DNA of 64,000 nucleotides. Source: Torpedo marmorata. Taxonomy: Eukaryota. The DNA is taken from assembly GCA_977017645.1 (NCBI GenBank), contig OZ360238.1, positions 67,332,001 to 67,396,000 of the forward strand. Direction: 5' to 3'. The position numbers and the translations under genes were made by a program. Shown here one piece after another: positions 20,401 through 34,480 of the stretch; positions within the stretch are counted from its first letter, which is position 1; every line of letters starts with the position of its first letter. The notes below the pieces were generated by a model. That model saw only the letters and a program-made list of their open reading frames with translations. It was not told the origin of the DNA and did not search any database.

Positions 20401-22123
20401 ATATGTTTTTGGTGCTGCTGATCTTATATTTTTGGAGCATAGATTTACGCAACATGTTATTTTGCCTGATGAATCGAAAGTGCGAGAAATTTGAGAATTT
20501 CCTACACCAGTTACGTTTGGCCAGTTGCGAAGTTTTTTAGGCATGATGAATTTTCCACAGGAAGACCTAGGCCTTTTGTGTCAGCGGCAATGAGGCGGGA
20601 GATTTTTGAGTCTCTTCATAATCTATCTCATCCTGGTAGAAGAGCATCAATCAAAATGATTACGGAACATTTTACCTGGCCTCATGTTAAACGGGATGTT
20701 GGATTATGGGCAAGGACCTGCTTGCCGTGTCAATGCTCTAAAGTCTCCAGACACACGAAATCCAAGCTGGGGGATTTTGTTGTTCCGGATTCCCATTTCC
20801 AGCACATGCACGCGGACTTGGTAGGCCCTCTTTCGCCATCTCGGGGATATACTTATCTGCTCACGTGTGAAGACCGGACTACCAGGTGTCAGGAGGCCAT
20901 TGTGTCACTGATATCTCTGCGAAGACGATCGCTCAGGCTTTCGAGGATCGTTGGGTTCCATCTTTCGGTGTTTTGGGCACTATTACGATGGATTGAGGGT
21001 CTCAGTTTGAGTCGGTATTGTTCCGAGCTCTCACTGATCTTCTGGGCACTACCCGTATTCGCACTACAGCTTACCATCCGCAGGCAACAGCCTCGTTGAG
21101 CGTTTCCATCGAAAATTGAAAGCAGCATTGACAGCAGGTGGCGATGTATCTACGTGGAGCGAACATTTGCCCATGGTTCTCCTTGGTGTGTGTCCTGCTG
21201 TAAAGGCGGTTCAGTGGCAGAGCTGGTATATGGCACTATGCTGACCTTGCCCGGCGAGTTTGTGAATCCGAGTCCAGGGACAACGCTCTATGATCCTGTG
21301 AGTTATGTTGATCGTCTTCAGGAAAACATGAGATTACTCCGACCTACTCCTATGCAACATGCGTCACCTGCAGTGTATGTGGCAAACAATTTACAGCGCT
21401 GTACTCATGTGTTCCTTCGGCATGATGCTGTTCGCAAACCACTTCAGCCCTTTTACGATGGTCCTTTTCAGGTCTTACGATGACACTCGAAGACTTTTGT
21501 GATTGACAGGAATGGAAAAGCTGACATGGTTTCCATTGACAGGTTGAAGCCGGCGTATATCGACAGTCCATGTTCTGCATCGGGGCCAGAGTCGGAGGAC
21601 CAGTCGCACCGTACATCGGCTGTCTTGCAGTATCGTACGAGGTCGGGCTGAACTGTCAGCCCTCCAGACCATTACATAGCGGGACAGTTCCATTCAGTCA
21701 CCTCCTTGCATGGCTCGAAGGCTGAGGGGGGGCTGTCGCAGTCGGTAGGGAGTGGTGCCGGTCGCCGCTGATGACATAACCGAAATAGCCTGTAACCGTG
21801 CTGTATGTCTAAATTTTAATTTTTTTTAAAAAACCGAAGCAAATCGCGAGGGTAATAGCACGCATGCGCGGGTGTGTTAAGCGTCAGCATACGGGTGATG
21901 GACCTCGGACGCAGGAGGAAGAGAGTGAGAGCGTCAGGATCACCTGTGTGGTGGTGAGCCAATGAGAAGGTCAGAGGGGTTTGGCTGGGTGGTGTTTGAG
22001 AAGTTGAAGAATGCAACGTTGTGTCTGAAGAGAATAAAGAAAGTCGACTCCATTTTGTGCTGAAAGAAATGAGTGAGTGTATTCTTTAATTGTGTGTAAA
22101 CTGGGTAAATCAGTGTCATTGCA
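17436..22123 (+). mobile_element. Decayed Gypsy/Ty3 LTR retrotransposon
   Basis: LTRs 17436-17776 and 21734-22123 (TG...CA); 4-bp TSD ATAC; PBS TGGTGACCC; PPT GAGGGGGGG; gag (PAWFTILEARF), RT (MPFGL, YIDD) and integrase (HNLSHPG, CLPCQ) fragments with stops and frameshifts. Confidence 0.92.
18580..19461 (-). mobile_element. L1/Tx1 LINE 3' fragment nested in the Gypsy element
   Basis: ORF2 C-terminus (CFRCGKEKETF...WSCPKV), poly(A) end, 18-bp TSD ATAT(G/C)TCATGTGTTCTTT (18562-18579 / 19462-19479). Confidence 0.9.
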
Positions 22124-22607
22124 ATACCCACCAGACCGCCAAAACAGGCAAAAATACCTTAGATTCGCATCTCATTTTAAACAGGTTTTGTCTAAAAATG
22201 CAGCACTCCCTTTTCTGACAATTTTAATTTGTGTTGTCCCAAGGCTAATCCCAGAACCATTTTCCTTTCTTCCAAGGAATAGAACATAATGATTAAGTTT
22301 AAAACTTGTCATATTCAACTTCAACAGTTATTTTCTAACTGACAGCATACTGAATTCCCCAGTGGAGCACAACACTTCTATATGATCCAGATTAGGGTTT
22401 TTTGTGACAGATCATTACTGCATGTCAGTGTATCTGGATTACTACCAATACATCAAACACCAAGCAAGTAAATTTATCAGTTTTGAAATAGCTTCAATTC
22501 CGTGAAAAAATGGTTTCACTGCTTATCCGCTTCTATGATCAGCTTGTCATTTCTAAATCTTTTTAGGCAATATGATCTTTTTGTATTTGATTTTGTTTGT
22601 TATCTAT

Positions 22608-22652
22608 ATGTAGTATTACGTGACAATAATGGAACCTTTACCTTTACCTTTA
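22608..22652 (+). mobile_element. Isolated SINE/LINE tail fragment
   Basis: TGTAGTATTACGTGACAATAATGGAACCTTTACCTTTACCTTTA, same tail as at 34481, 48294 and 61174. Confidence 0.65.
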
Positions 22653-23844
22653 CAAATTGATGGTAATTCCAAGACAGAAACTTGTCAATGCCTTATGGTC
22701 CTATATTTGGCAATTATATTATCACATCAATTCTATGCACTTTTTATAAAGAATATTGCAAAACATAAAGGATTACCAGTTAGGTAATATTATGAATTAT
22801 ACAAAGTTTGCAGGGTTTATGAATCTTTGTCAATGCAGAGCTTAAATGATAACATTAAAATTACTTCTTGTTCTTTGCATCTAATTATAATTTATTCTGC
22901 TTCAGTCTGATATGGAGTGTATGATTCCGTTTTTGTCAGCTTCATTTTGAGAATAGGTGTGGCATCGAAGGATCAACTCTCAGTGTGCTCCTGCTTCAAT
23001 GCAAGATAAAGATGTTCGATATTAGGAATATGAGTGCTACTTTTTAGATATTTCTGACAGCTGCAGATACAAATTTAACATGTTAAAGAGGAAATTGTAA
23101 TATTAATAAAATCTAATTTTAAAAACAAAGATCACTTTTGATGGTTTTAATCAAATTCCTGGCAATTTCCCAGTGTTTTAACTGCATTCATTTTGCATGT
23201 TGTCATTACGTTGATTCATGCATATCTTGCAAATGTTAGGAAGCGCAGCATTCATATCGCAGAACATACTTACAAACTGATATTCGATCAACTTTTCAAA
23301 GCATTTCAGGGGCATTTTTTCGTAAAGATTTTTGCAGACTAGGGAACCATGAGACTCTTCACTGGTGGTCAGTCTGCTCTCTGACATGCTTGTCAGATTG
23401 ATAGACTCTAAAGAGATTTGACCTGGAGGAATGAGTGATCAGTCATCATAAAGATTGAATATCTTGTGTATGTGTGTCTCAATTTTGCAGATGTCCAGCA
23501 ATACAATGGAGGGAGTCTCAGGAGTGGTCAGGAAAATGAGAAGACTAGATTCTCTGCCATATGAGGAAGAAGAGACAAGAGCAAGTGGTACAGAATGCCT
23601 GAATCAGGTATCCTTTCATTCAGTGGTAAAGATCACATCCAAAAACAGAAGAAATATTTTTGATTTATTGTGGCATATAACCAATAAACAAAAATTCCCC
23701 TGTGAATATTACAGTGCAAAATAAGACAATATTTTTGTTACATCATATGAAGCTATTGCCAATCCCTAAAAAAAAAGATAAAGCTTTCTCCCTTTGGCTG
23801 CATCCAGTAATGATAAATTATTACTCAAACCATATATTTTTTAA

Positions 23845-24656
23845 ATGGCGATGCTGCCAGAGCTGCTGTGTAACGGCAGTGCTATCGCTGGTGCGGACCT
23901 GGGATAGTGGAGAGCGGAGACACAGTACTGCTCCGCCACGTCCTACCGCCCAGCTCTGTACAGGCTTTAAACAGCCTTTTGAAGGAGCTGACGTTTTTTT
24001 TAAATCCTGCAACCATAGGGTCTGTGCCCAAGATGGCGGCTGTGCTGGGCACCGTACCACGAGGGTTGCAGACTCCGGGGGAGCAGCAGACTGGAGGAGG
24101 GCACCAGAAATAGGGAGAACACCCTCCCTGCCGTTGAGAAGGAGAAGCGAAGGAAATGACCCTGCAGGACGGTGACCCCGGCAGCAGACCAGCGAGGGGC
24201 TCAGTAGCTGAGGGACCCAAATGGACTGTGGATGGTTGGCAACTTGTGGTCAAAGGACCCACACAGGCTGCGGGCTGCTGCAGACTGGCTTATGGAAACA
24301 AGGTATTGGAACCAGGATTCGAGAGGGTGCTGAGGGCAAGAAAGGCTCCCAAAAGGCCTTGGGCGCTGAAAGCTTCCTGATCGTATCGGAGGTTTAGATC
24401 TGGAGCTCGGGTTGCCGATAGTTTGAACTGGAGTTTGTGCAACTGCTGAGGCTATAGGAGCGCTGGAGGCGAATCCAGGGACACTGTCTCTGAAAGGACT
24501 CTCTTTTGCTTCTCTTTCTCCTATTGTTATGGGCGCCGGGAAATGCTCATGGCAACTCTTTGTTTGCCTGATGGCATTAAAAAGCTGAAATATATCATGT
24601 ATATTAGATTTTTAATGTGTTATTACGTGACAATAAAAGAAACCTTTGAACCTTGA
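23845..24656 (+). mobile_element. Probable non-autonomous Rex1-dependent retroposon (GC-rich body plus LINE tail)
   Basis: GC-rich body with CCAAGATGGCGGC; ends TATTACGTGACAATAAAAGAAACCTTTGAACCTTGA; no credible ORF; 5' boundary approximate. Confidence 0.5.
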
Positions 24657-24761
24657 TTTGAAGGACAGATGACACACACAAAACACAAGTGATGCCTTTC
24701 AACAGAGATAACAAGGTCAGTTTTATATTGTTACTTGCTTTGTTATTAGAAACTGTATGCA

Positions 24762-26310
24762 TGGGGGGTTTGCAACTCCCTAATTTTAAGAATTATTATC
24801 GAGCGGCACAAATGCGATTTGTTGCTTCTTTTTTTGAAACTGAAGAAAGACCTGCGTGGGTTGGAATAGAACTAGGAGAAATAGGAGAAAAGGTACCACA
24901 AGAATTTATATATAAATGGAATTCAAAACTACTGACAGGTGTTAAAGAAACGCTGTTATTAAAACATTTGATTAATACTTGGAATAAGGTTAATGATGAT
25001 ATAGGGTTGAAAGGAAGTATATCACCCAAAGTGCCTTTGATACAGAATAATCTTATACCATTTACAAAAGATAATCAATTTTTAAATACTTGGTCATTAA
25101 AAGGAATAAAGAAGATAGAAGATTGTTATGAAGGAAATCAATTGATGTCATTTATACAATTACGGAATAAATATGGAATACCTAATAATACTCTTTTTTG
25201 TTATTTTCAATTAAGAGGTTATTTAAGAGAAAAACTAGGTCCAGATATGTTGTTACAAGTTTGTAGTGAGGTAGAAACCCTTATTAGGAAAGGAAATATT
25301 AAGAAATTTACTTCTATAGTGTATTCTTTACTACAAAGGGGAGCTTTAAAACGAGGACTTCATAAATCTAGACAGAGATGGGAACAAGATCTTAATGTTA
25401 TAATTGATGAAAAAAGGTGGTCGGATTTATGTTTAGATAGTATGACTAATACTGTTAATGTAAGATATAGACTGGTACAATATAACTTTTTACATCAATT
25501 ATATCTTACACCACAAAAATTGAATAAGATAAACTCTACGATATCAAATAGATGTTTTAGATGTGGTGAAGAAGAGGGAACCTTTTTACACTCAACGTGG
25601 TCATGTCCAAAAGTTAAAGGTTTTTGGATAGAGTTAGGAAACCAGTTAAAACAAATTACAGGAGTTACATTTCCACAGAATCCTGACTTATTTTTATTGG
25701 GAAATGTGGAAGGAACTAGACCAAAGTCGAAGTTATCTACATGGCAATTGAAATTTGTGAAAATTGCATTAGCAGTAGCAAGGAAATGTATAGCAGTAAC
25801 TTGGAAATCGGATACAAATCTAAGTATGGATAGATGGAACTCAGAGATGCGGAGTTGTATTCCGTTGGAAAGAATAACATATAATATGAGGAATAAATAT
25901 GGGGTATTTTTGCAAATTTGGCGTCCATTCATCCAATTATTAGGAATGAATATTTAAATGTGTTGTTCTACATCCTAGACCCTGCTGACTCTCTTAAATT
26001 TAAACTTAAAGAATGAACATTGTTGAATGTCTCGAACCGAGCCGTGGACCCGTACGGATGTTTTTCGATAAATGTCAATGTCTTCTCCTCTTTCTTCTTT
26101 TTTCTTTTCTTTATTTTTAGTAAGGGGAGGGAGTAAGGGATGGGAAGGGTGGAGGGTGGGTTGTTCTAGTGAGGGTGGGTTGAGATGGGGTTAGCACCAC
26201 GGTGATACAAATTTTGTTTGTATTGGACTCATTAATGTTTATTGTATATTGTGTACTATTTTGTATTATTGTGAAAAATTTGAAAATTTAAAATAAAATA
26301 TTTAAAAAAA
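24762..26310 (+). mobile_element. 5'-truncated L1/Tx1 LINE with open ORF2 C-terminus
   Basis: GGLQLPNFKNYYRAAQ...CFRCGEEEGTFLHSTWSC Zn finger, stop at 25957, G-rich 3' UTR, poly(A); 14-bp TSD AGAAACTGTATGCA (24748-24761 / 26311-26324). Confidence 0.95.
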
Positions 26311-29300
26311 AGAAACTGTATGCACATTCTGTGTTTACATTTCATTCAAAAGGCAGGAGTTATAATATTAACCTGAATCTTTCCATTAGTTACCAAAAAA
26401 AAGACAACAGGCTCTCTTTGTTGCTTTGCATGCTGACTTTTTTGGTGGAATTATTAAACTGTTCAGTTCATGTGTCCTACTGATTGGTAACATAGCATTA
26501 AGTAATAAAAAAACGTGAAGCAGAAATGAATTTGCCGACAGTTCAGTGATTGTATGATGTGATGGCAGCAATGTTTGATTGTTTAGATGCCAATTACTCT
26601 CTCAAGAATAATGCAATGGTGTTGGCGCAATATCTCGTTCAAAGTCATTGTTGTTGGTGATGATCTGATGTAATACATGGCAGCTTTCATTTTAGGAATT
26701 TTATAGGCCTGCATTTTTCATTGAAAGGTTACTTCCAGATAGTTTTTAACAAATAAATTATTTTCACATCCTCTTCGAAACGTACATCAACTGAACAACT
26801 TGAATATATTTTTCGACCAATCTCAGTTTCATCAATAAAGAGCAATGGTTTAAAAAATAATTTCACCTAAATTCACTCTGGTCCAGTTTCTTTTCAAAGT
26901 AACTTCTTTTCAAGAAGGGACAATTAATCAAATTTTACTGCTGTCTTACTTTTTGCATTTCCTGGTAATTGTGTCAACAGTGACACCACTAAGGTTTCGG
27001 AACAATTAGCAAATACTTTGTAGTCAGGAAAAAGCTTTAAAAGGAGTAAAAAAATAATAAATGTTAGTGAAATTTCCCAATAATTTCCCTTTGATTTTTG
27101 TAAATAATGCCTGCCATGTATTTCAACATAATCACAATATTCTATTTTTTCACAAGCAGTGACAAAGTAATGGCTCTCAAAGCAAACAGCCCAAGAAGAT
27201 TCAGCAGCATGGGTTTTAGCTTTTCTGTCAATGGTCACTTCCTGAAGGGAGTTCATGCATCCAGAAGCTGTAAGATCATCAACAATGCTGGACACTGAAA
27301 GACTCTCATGGGCTGCAAACCAGAGAACCAAACAATGCACGATTTTAACTAAATCTGAAATAAGCAGAGTACAAAATTGAAACATGTATATGAGACTAAA
27401 GTAGAAGCTTGAAAATACCATAAACCTTCAATATTTAATGTTACTTATTTGAACATTTCTATTTTTTAAATATATATCTGAAGGAGTTACAACTCAAACA
27501 TCTAAAGTTAACTTTTTAAGGCAGGGAAGCACATTGAGCAGTAATTATACCACAGTGTTAGACTTTAAAATGATCCAAAGTTCGAACCAATTTAGGGAAG
27601 GAAAATTTAATGTGAACCTTGGCAGAACAATTGCATAAAATGAAACAGTCACTCCAGACCAGTGCAATAACACAAGGCAGGATCAGACAAAATGACCAGT
27701 GATAGATTGTTAAGTGTGAGATTTTATTGCAAGCATGGGAGATTGCTGCCAACACAATCTCAACCACAGACAGAAGCTGGTTTATGAAATGCAAATTATC
27801 TTAACATTTTACTTTGGATATTAAATTTCAGGTCTACATTAAGAAGTGAGAAACAAAAATAACAGGTAACAAGTGTTAGGAATAGAAAGGTTTGGAGAAA
27901 GGATTCTTATGGAAAATCAACAGGTGAATTAAATGGGTATTCATATTGTTCTTAGGAAAGGATTCAGTGCAATGAAGAGCAAATCTACACTGTACTTGTT
28001 CACTTACTATGTTGTTTCTTTCTTGCCTCGCAATCCACAGCACATGCTCGCAACTGTGCACAGTAATTTTACAAGGGAAGTAAACACTGTGATGCTAAAA
28101 GGGAAATAAGTACATGACATTCTCAAAGTGGATAAAATAGCATTAAAACACTATCTATAAGTGCCCAACATTATGTGAGTAAGCAGTTGCCCTGAAGATT
28201 GTTAAAATAACCTACTGGTGGTTTTTGGTTGGACATAACTTTGAAGTTGCTGCCATGCATGTAGCGATGAAGAAGGACAATGCCCCTAAGTGAGAGACTG
28301 TGCTTCTCACTCTGTGAATAATGCTGTTCCAAAGGTATTGCTAATCTGTTCATTGTGATGGCAATCGACATTTTATCTGTCTTTGTTTTCTGTGCCAAGA
28401 ATAGCATCAAGATCAGCTTCCTAGCTTTGGGTCATAGTAAACAGCGGTACATGAGGTGTTAAACATTACACGATCAAGTAAGCTGCAGGCTTTTGAGTTT
28501 CTGCTCATTCCCATTCTCTGGTTAGATAGTGTAGGAGAGCTGACTGTATAAATCAGAAATAAATTGGCCACAATAGGTGGTGAGCACAAACAAACTGCAA
28601 TCAGTGATTCTTTGGGTCTGTCAAGGCAAGCAGGATTGTCGAATACATACAGAAGAAATCAGTCATCCTTTGTCTTGATTCATGGTGACAATGCAAACTC
28701 AAAGGTAATGCTCCATTTTGCACTTGGAAGCTTATGTTCTGCGCTATCATATATCACAACGCCATTGCTGCTGATCAGTGTGCCTTCGGGTCCTCACAGG
28801 ACGTACTATATGAGGTTCTGAAACACCTGACCACTGAACACACTCTGAGGTTTTGCCTTATGGATAATAGAACTCCAGTATCTGTAGAAAACAAACATGC
28901 TCAATAATGAGGTTTTGCTGAAAACCCAATGCACTGTCACTCAGTATTGTCTAGCTTTGTGAAATGCATAAAGCTGTTGATTTTTACAGTAATTTCATCA
29001 ATCATTGGTTTCAAGTGATGCTCATGTTTGAATGGATGCACACTTCCACACAGAAATGAATCTGTTTTTGACATTTATTTCCTGATTATTTGTTTGGATG
29101 AAGCCTATTGAGTTAGCTCATCTGGTACTCTTTCCATTCATGTCCAGCCTTCACTCATGCTATTGAATGAGGCCCTGCATATGTGATCTCTACATTGTGA
29201 GGAGCTGGCACTGTGGAAAAACTTAGAAGTATCTACTGAAATAATATAGAATATCGTATCTAAACTCATGGATTTGAACTTCATTTGCGATGGAAACATT

Positions 29301-29679
29301 CCCAGAATTGTGTTTAAAAAAAGTAATGTAACATTTCCTCATTGAGTTAGAGTGGATGACAGTGACAATGTTGAAGCTTTGTTGGTTCATTATGTTGATA
29401 GAGGCATCTAAATCACTAGGACATTGATTCACATGTTCACTCCTACCTGTGGCTCACTGCCCTGATGGCCAAGGAGAATTACAAGCACATAAACAGGATT
29501 ATCAGAATTGTTGTTGATCTCTACATGGACTTCAACCTTCATGACGTTCTTTGATAAGTCTTGAAGCATTTGGTTTGTGCTGATCCTAGACTCTGTTGAA
29601 TGGCAAACTTTAACAAAATGGCTCTGTTTTCCACATGACTTACTTTACATTACCAGAATGGGATGATTTACACAATTAC

Positions 29680-30497
29680 AGGATACTGTTCATCAATCTC
29701 ACAGCCTGCAGGAAGAAGCTATTGCTCAGACTGGCAGTCCTGATTTTGATGCTCCTGTACCTCCTTCTTGATGGTAGTGGGTCAAACATACTGTGTGCTG
29801 GGTGGAAAGGGTTGTCTATAATTTCTTGAGCCCTATTTAGGCAACGCTCCCAGTAAATGTCATCAATAGAGGAAAGTAAGACTCTAGTGATCCTCCCAGT
29901 TGTTTTAATGATCTTCTGTATAGACCTCCGGTCCGATGCTTTGCAGTTACCATACCACGCAATGATGCAGCCAGACAGAACACTCTCAATTGTGCTCCTG
30001 TAAAATGTGGTCAAGATGGGGGCCGGTAGCCTTTCCCTCCTCAACCTCCTTAGGAAGTGTAGGCACTGCTGTGCTTTCCTGACTAATGAGGTAGTACTCT
30101 GAGTCCAGAATAGGTCCACCTTTATATGCAGACCAAGGAATTTTGTGCTCTCCACTCTCTCCACAATGGAACCATTGATGTGTAGTGGAGAATAGTCGAT
30201 CTTCATCCACAATCATCTCCTTTGTCTTGTCCACGTTGAGACTCAGGTCATTGTTCTCACACCATTTTTACAAGCCTTTCAACATCCTCTCTGTAATGCG
30301 ACTCATCATTGTTGTTGATGAGGCCAACTACTGTTGCATCATCTGCAAATTAGATGATTCTGTTAGAAGTGAACCTGGCAGTGCAGTCGTGACTCAGCAG
30401 CGTGAACAGCAGTGGGCTGAGCACACAGCCCTGAGGTGCGCCAGTGCTCAGCATGATGGGGCTTGAGGTTTTGCTGCCAACCTGATCAGACTGTGGT
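29680..30497 (-). mobile_element. Rex1/Babar-type LINE fragment
   Basis: KTKEMIVD, KFLGLHI, KAQQCLHFLRRL, HPAHSMFDPLPSRRRYRS. Confidence 0.85.
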
Positions 30498-30832
30498 TAA
30501 TTACTTGGACAATGTGAGCAGCTTGGACAGTGTGCTCTCCTTTGAAGGTGTCTTGTCCATGTTGCTTCAACATGCTTCTTTAGTGGTCCATGTTTTAAGC
30601 CGGCCTTGATAATCATGAACTTTGCTGCAGGTGGGTTCAAGTCCCTGCAATGCTGATCAATTATCTCTTTTACTTGTATCATTACAACAGAACAGTATTT
30701 TATCCTTTTACCACATATTGCTTTAAAATTGAATGTAAAGTCAGGACAAGTTTTGTTCTTTTGTTCTCATCAGTTGCAGATGACAATGGATCAAATTCTG
30801 ATGTGGGCGGTGGTTGCACTGGGAATAATATT

Positions 30833-31073
30833 TAAATTTTTTTAATTCAGACGTAACAGGCCTCTCTGGCCCACGATCCTGTGCCACCCAAATACACCCA
30901 TTAACCTACAACCCCCATACGTTTTGAAGGGTTGGATGAAACCAGATCACCCAGAGGAAACCACGCAGACACGGGGAGAACGTACAAACTCCTTACAGAC
31001 AGCGCCCTATTTGAACCCTGGTCGTTGGCGCTGTAATAGTGTTGCGCTAACCGCTACGCTAACCATGCCGCCC
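30833..31073 (-). mobile_element. tRNA-derived SINE (HE1/V-SINE-like)
   Basis: Head GGCGGCATGGTTAGCGTAGCGGTTAGCGC, core TGTAAGGAGTTTGTACGTTCTCCCCGTGTCTGCGTGG, A-rich tail. Confidence 0.85.
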
Positions 31074-31937
31074 TTGTGTTCACTCTCTGATGTTCAATGT
31101 TCCTCTGATGTGTGAGCCTGTGCACTGCAACACAGAATGGGAGGAAGAAACACTTTAATTTTATAGCAATATTTGCACTGTAATGCTGCCGCAAAACAAT
31201 GAATTTCATGACATGTTCATGACAATAAATTCTGATTCTGACTTAAGGCACCACTTACTGATACAAAATCAAATGCTGCTTAGAGTTGAACCAACTTAAT
31301 CACTGTTGTCTGATTACACTCCAAAAGAGATTGCATTGATACAAGAGTAAAATGTAGTTAATGTTAGAACTGAGGGGCACACTAAGGAATAGATTTCCAT
31401 TTGCAGGAAACAGCTTGATACCTTGAAGGTAGTGATCCCTCTCAAGGTTAATTCAGCTTTCCATCTGCAGTTAAATGCACTTCATGGTTTTAGAGTTTTA
31501 GATTTCTTACGTCCTTAGTCTAGTTTAATACTCACCCATCAACACAATGTTGATATTGTGGCTGAACTAAGATGGAAGAAAAGTTATAAGTTTTAAAGGT
31601 CTTTTACTTGGGTTAATAAGATAGGAACCGAAAGAGACGTCATTTGATTTTGCGTGGCACTTGCCCTGCACTCTCAAAGCAACACCCTGTGTAGTGGCCT
31701 TGTTCCATCATTTGCAACAGATGTGCAATGAATTGGTGGATGCATTGGTAGGGGCCAGATACAATGCTATTCATAGGAGCTTTATACCCATCCCCATTCT
31801 TAGTCCTATAATATGACTCAAGCAATCTGTGAAAATAGACCTCAAAATTATTCACATTATTTAATTTCTTTCAAGGCCACCCATCAGAAAAAAAATTATG
31901 CTAACAATTCTGTTGAAACTTGACATTTAAAATTATC

Positions 31938-32075
31938 TGAAACATGAAAGTCTGCAGACGCTGTGATTGAAGTAAGCACGCACAGAAATGCTGGAGGAAC
32001 TCAGCTGGTTTCGCAGCGTCCATTGGAGGTAAAGATATATTACCGACATTTTGGGCCTTAGCCCTTCTCCAAGGG
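31938..32075. mobile_element. Penelope-derived terminal fragment
   Basis: GAAAGTCTGCAGACGCTG...TGCTGGAGGAACTCAGC motif. Confidence 0.6.
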
Positions 32076-32496
32076 ATAAAATCAACTGACCAGAATCAAT
32101 TTGGGAGAAGAGAACAACCTGTCAGCAGAGTCCTGCTATTATCTTCCCCTCTATGTATTGGACATGGATCGCTCTGGTATTTCCAACATAATATCAGGGA
32201 GATCTGCAGAATGCCTTACTGCTCAATCCATTCACATCCTCCAGCTAGAGCAAAAATTCAACCAGTTGTATCTTTGCCTGCACTCTGTCCCACTAACTCA
32301 TTTAACTTCAGTGCTCTGCGTCCCTTTACATACTTACCCAACCTACCTGTGACTTATCCAGCCTGATATTCCTTCACACACCCAATGCATTTCTGTCTCT
32401 ATCATATACATTTCACTATCTGAAACTTCTTGGGTAAACCCTTCACCTCTCCCTCTTTTGACCTTGAAAAGAACTAGTTAAAACATAATATTCTTT

Positions 32497-32745
32497 TTTT
32501 TTAAATGTAGAGATACAGCACGGTAACAGGCCATTTCGGCCCACGAGCCCGTGCAGCCCAATTACACCCAATTAACCTACAACCTACGTTTTGAATGGTG
32601 GGAGGAAACCGGAGCACCCGGAGGAAACCCATGCAGACACAGGGAGAACGTACAAACTCTTTAGACAGTGCAGGATTCGAACCCCGGTCTTGATCGTTGG
32701 CGCTGTAACAGCGTTACGCTAAACGCTACACTAACCGGGCCGCCA
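32497..32745 (-). mobile_element. tRNA-derived SINE (HE1/V-SINE-like)
   Basis: Same head, core and tail as 30833-31073. Confidence 0.85.
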
Positions 32746-34480
32746 TGTAAACTTTTCCATAAATGATTTTTTTTGTTTGTTGGAGCGTGATTGACCTTTT
32801 TTATAGTGTTTACTGGAACACGTTCTTATTTTTGCAGATAATAACACAACAGGAAATTAAGGACACTGAGGACAGTGGTTTGCTAGTTAGTTTAAAATGT
32901 CACTGAATAGTAAGATGCTACAATAGTTTTGATTCCTTGTAGTTTACGTCACTGTTTCTAATAGATCACATAATTAAACTACACTAAATTATTCAAAAGA
33001 ACAAATAAAATAGCACATTGCTGATATTTAAGAGCACATTAGGATACATTTATTTCCTTGGACTGATATTCTTTCAGCAAAACATTCCACTAAATATCAC
33101 AGTGGGTTGCATAGGGCAACCTTATCTGGAGCTTAATGTTAATTGTGGAATAAGCTTATTTTCTGGATCATCTCATTAAAGGTAGAATGGTATTTATTAG
33201 CTACTGTCAGAGAATCACAGATTTTGGTCCTTGCAGAACCAAACAAAAATCATTTGATCCCCATAATTGCATTCTGGCTCCCCTCTGCATCTTCATTAAG
33301 GTCAGACCCAAGCATTGTTACTTATTGGAAGCAATTGATTACCTTAAACCTTGCAATTTCTTTGTGCAATTTTTGTTTCAATATGCACAAAATTACAATG
33401 TGAATACTTGTGTACAAACACTTAAATATATTCATATAAAATGTCTTTGTTCACTATTTAATTCATGCATTTAAACTTTTTAATACCAGCTATTAAAAAA
33501 GTTGAAAATAAATTTTAAATGACTGTACATATGAATTATAATGCTATAAAATTAAGCATTATACACTAATATTTAATTACCGGTAACTAAATTTCAAAGT
33601 ACAATACTGGTATGTGAAATTGGGCACATTTTCAGAAAAAGAAAAATGTCTTGGGCTCCAAAAATATGTATTGGGCCTTTCCGGATTTCCAAAAGTTAAT
33701 AAAGTGTGAATTCTGTGGTAATGCAGCAGTTCATCAGGTTACTCTAGTAACCTCCCTGCAGAGCACTGATTCACAATCGCACTCTTGGTTCTGGAGTTGG
33801 AGCAAACGCAGGTCAATACTCTGTTCCTGAAATGAGACATCTGCTCGGGCTGAGATCTGCTGTGCATGGAACCTGGCACAAACTGGGTCTGAGACATGGG
33901 GCCCTGGGAATCATGCTGGCCAGTTTAGTGAGTGGTGACCTTTGCTGAGACTGGCAGCAGCTGAACCATGTACTGATAGACTGCCCAGGTCCTATAGTCT
34001 CTCTCATCAACATGGTGGGCTTTACCATTGGGGTTTTCTCCTCCCACTTTCCAAAGATGAACGGATTAGTAGGTTAATTGGTCACATTGTTGTAATTGGG
34101 CAGCATACGCTCATGGGCCGTTGATTCTTAGGTTGTTATTCTCGCACCATTTCACGAGATATTCCACCTCTTCTCAACCACTCATTGTTGCTGATGAGGC
34201 CAACTACTGTCATGTCATCTGAAACCTGATGACTTTATTGGAGCTGGATCTGGCATTGCAGTTGTGGGCCAGTAGCATGAACAGGATCGGGCTGAGCACA
34301 CAGCTCTGAGGTGTGCCAGTGCTCAGCGAGACGGTGCTCGACTTTCTGTTGCCAACCTGGACAAACTGCAGTCTTTTCATTATGAAAAGATGGGTGCTGA
34401 GTCCCAACGAGAACACCTTCTCCACCAGTCTCTGGGGTATGATCATATTAAATGCCGAGCTGAAGTCAATGAACAGCAGT

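Noticed and set aside
24689-24761. Signal-peptide-like N-terminus on the 422-aa ORF
   Set aside because: Lies outside the L1 TSD; chance read-through from flanking DNA with a GTG start
26386-29460. Several 60-165 aa ORFs in unique AT-rich DNA
   Set aside because: No recognisable domain, no consistent exon chain, many stops in adjacent frames
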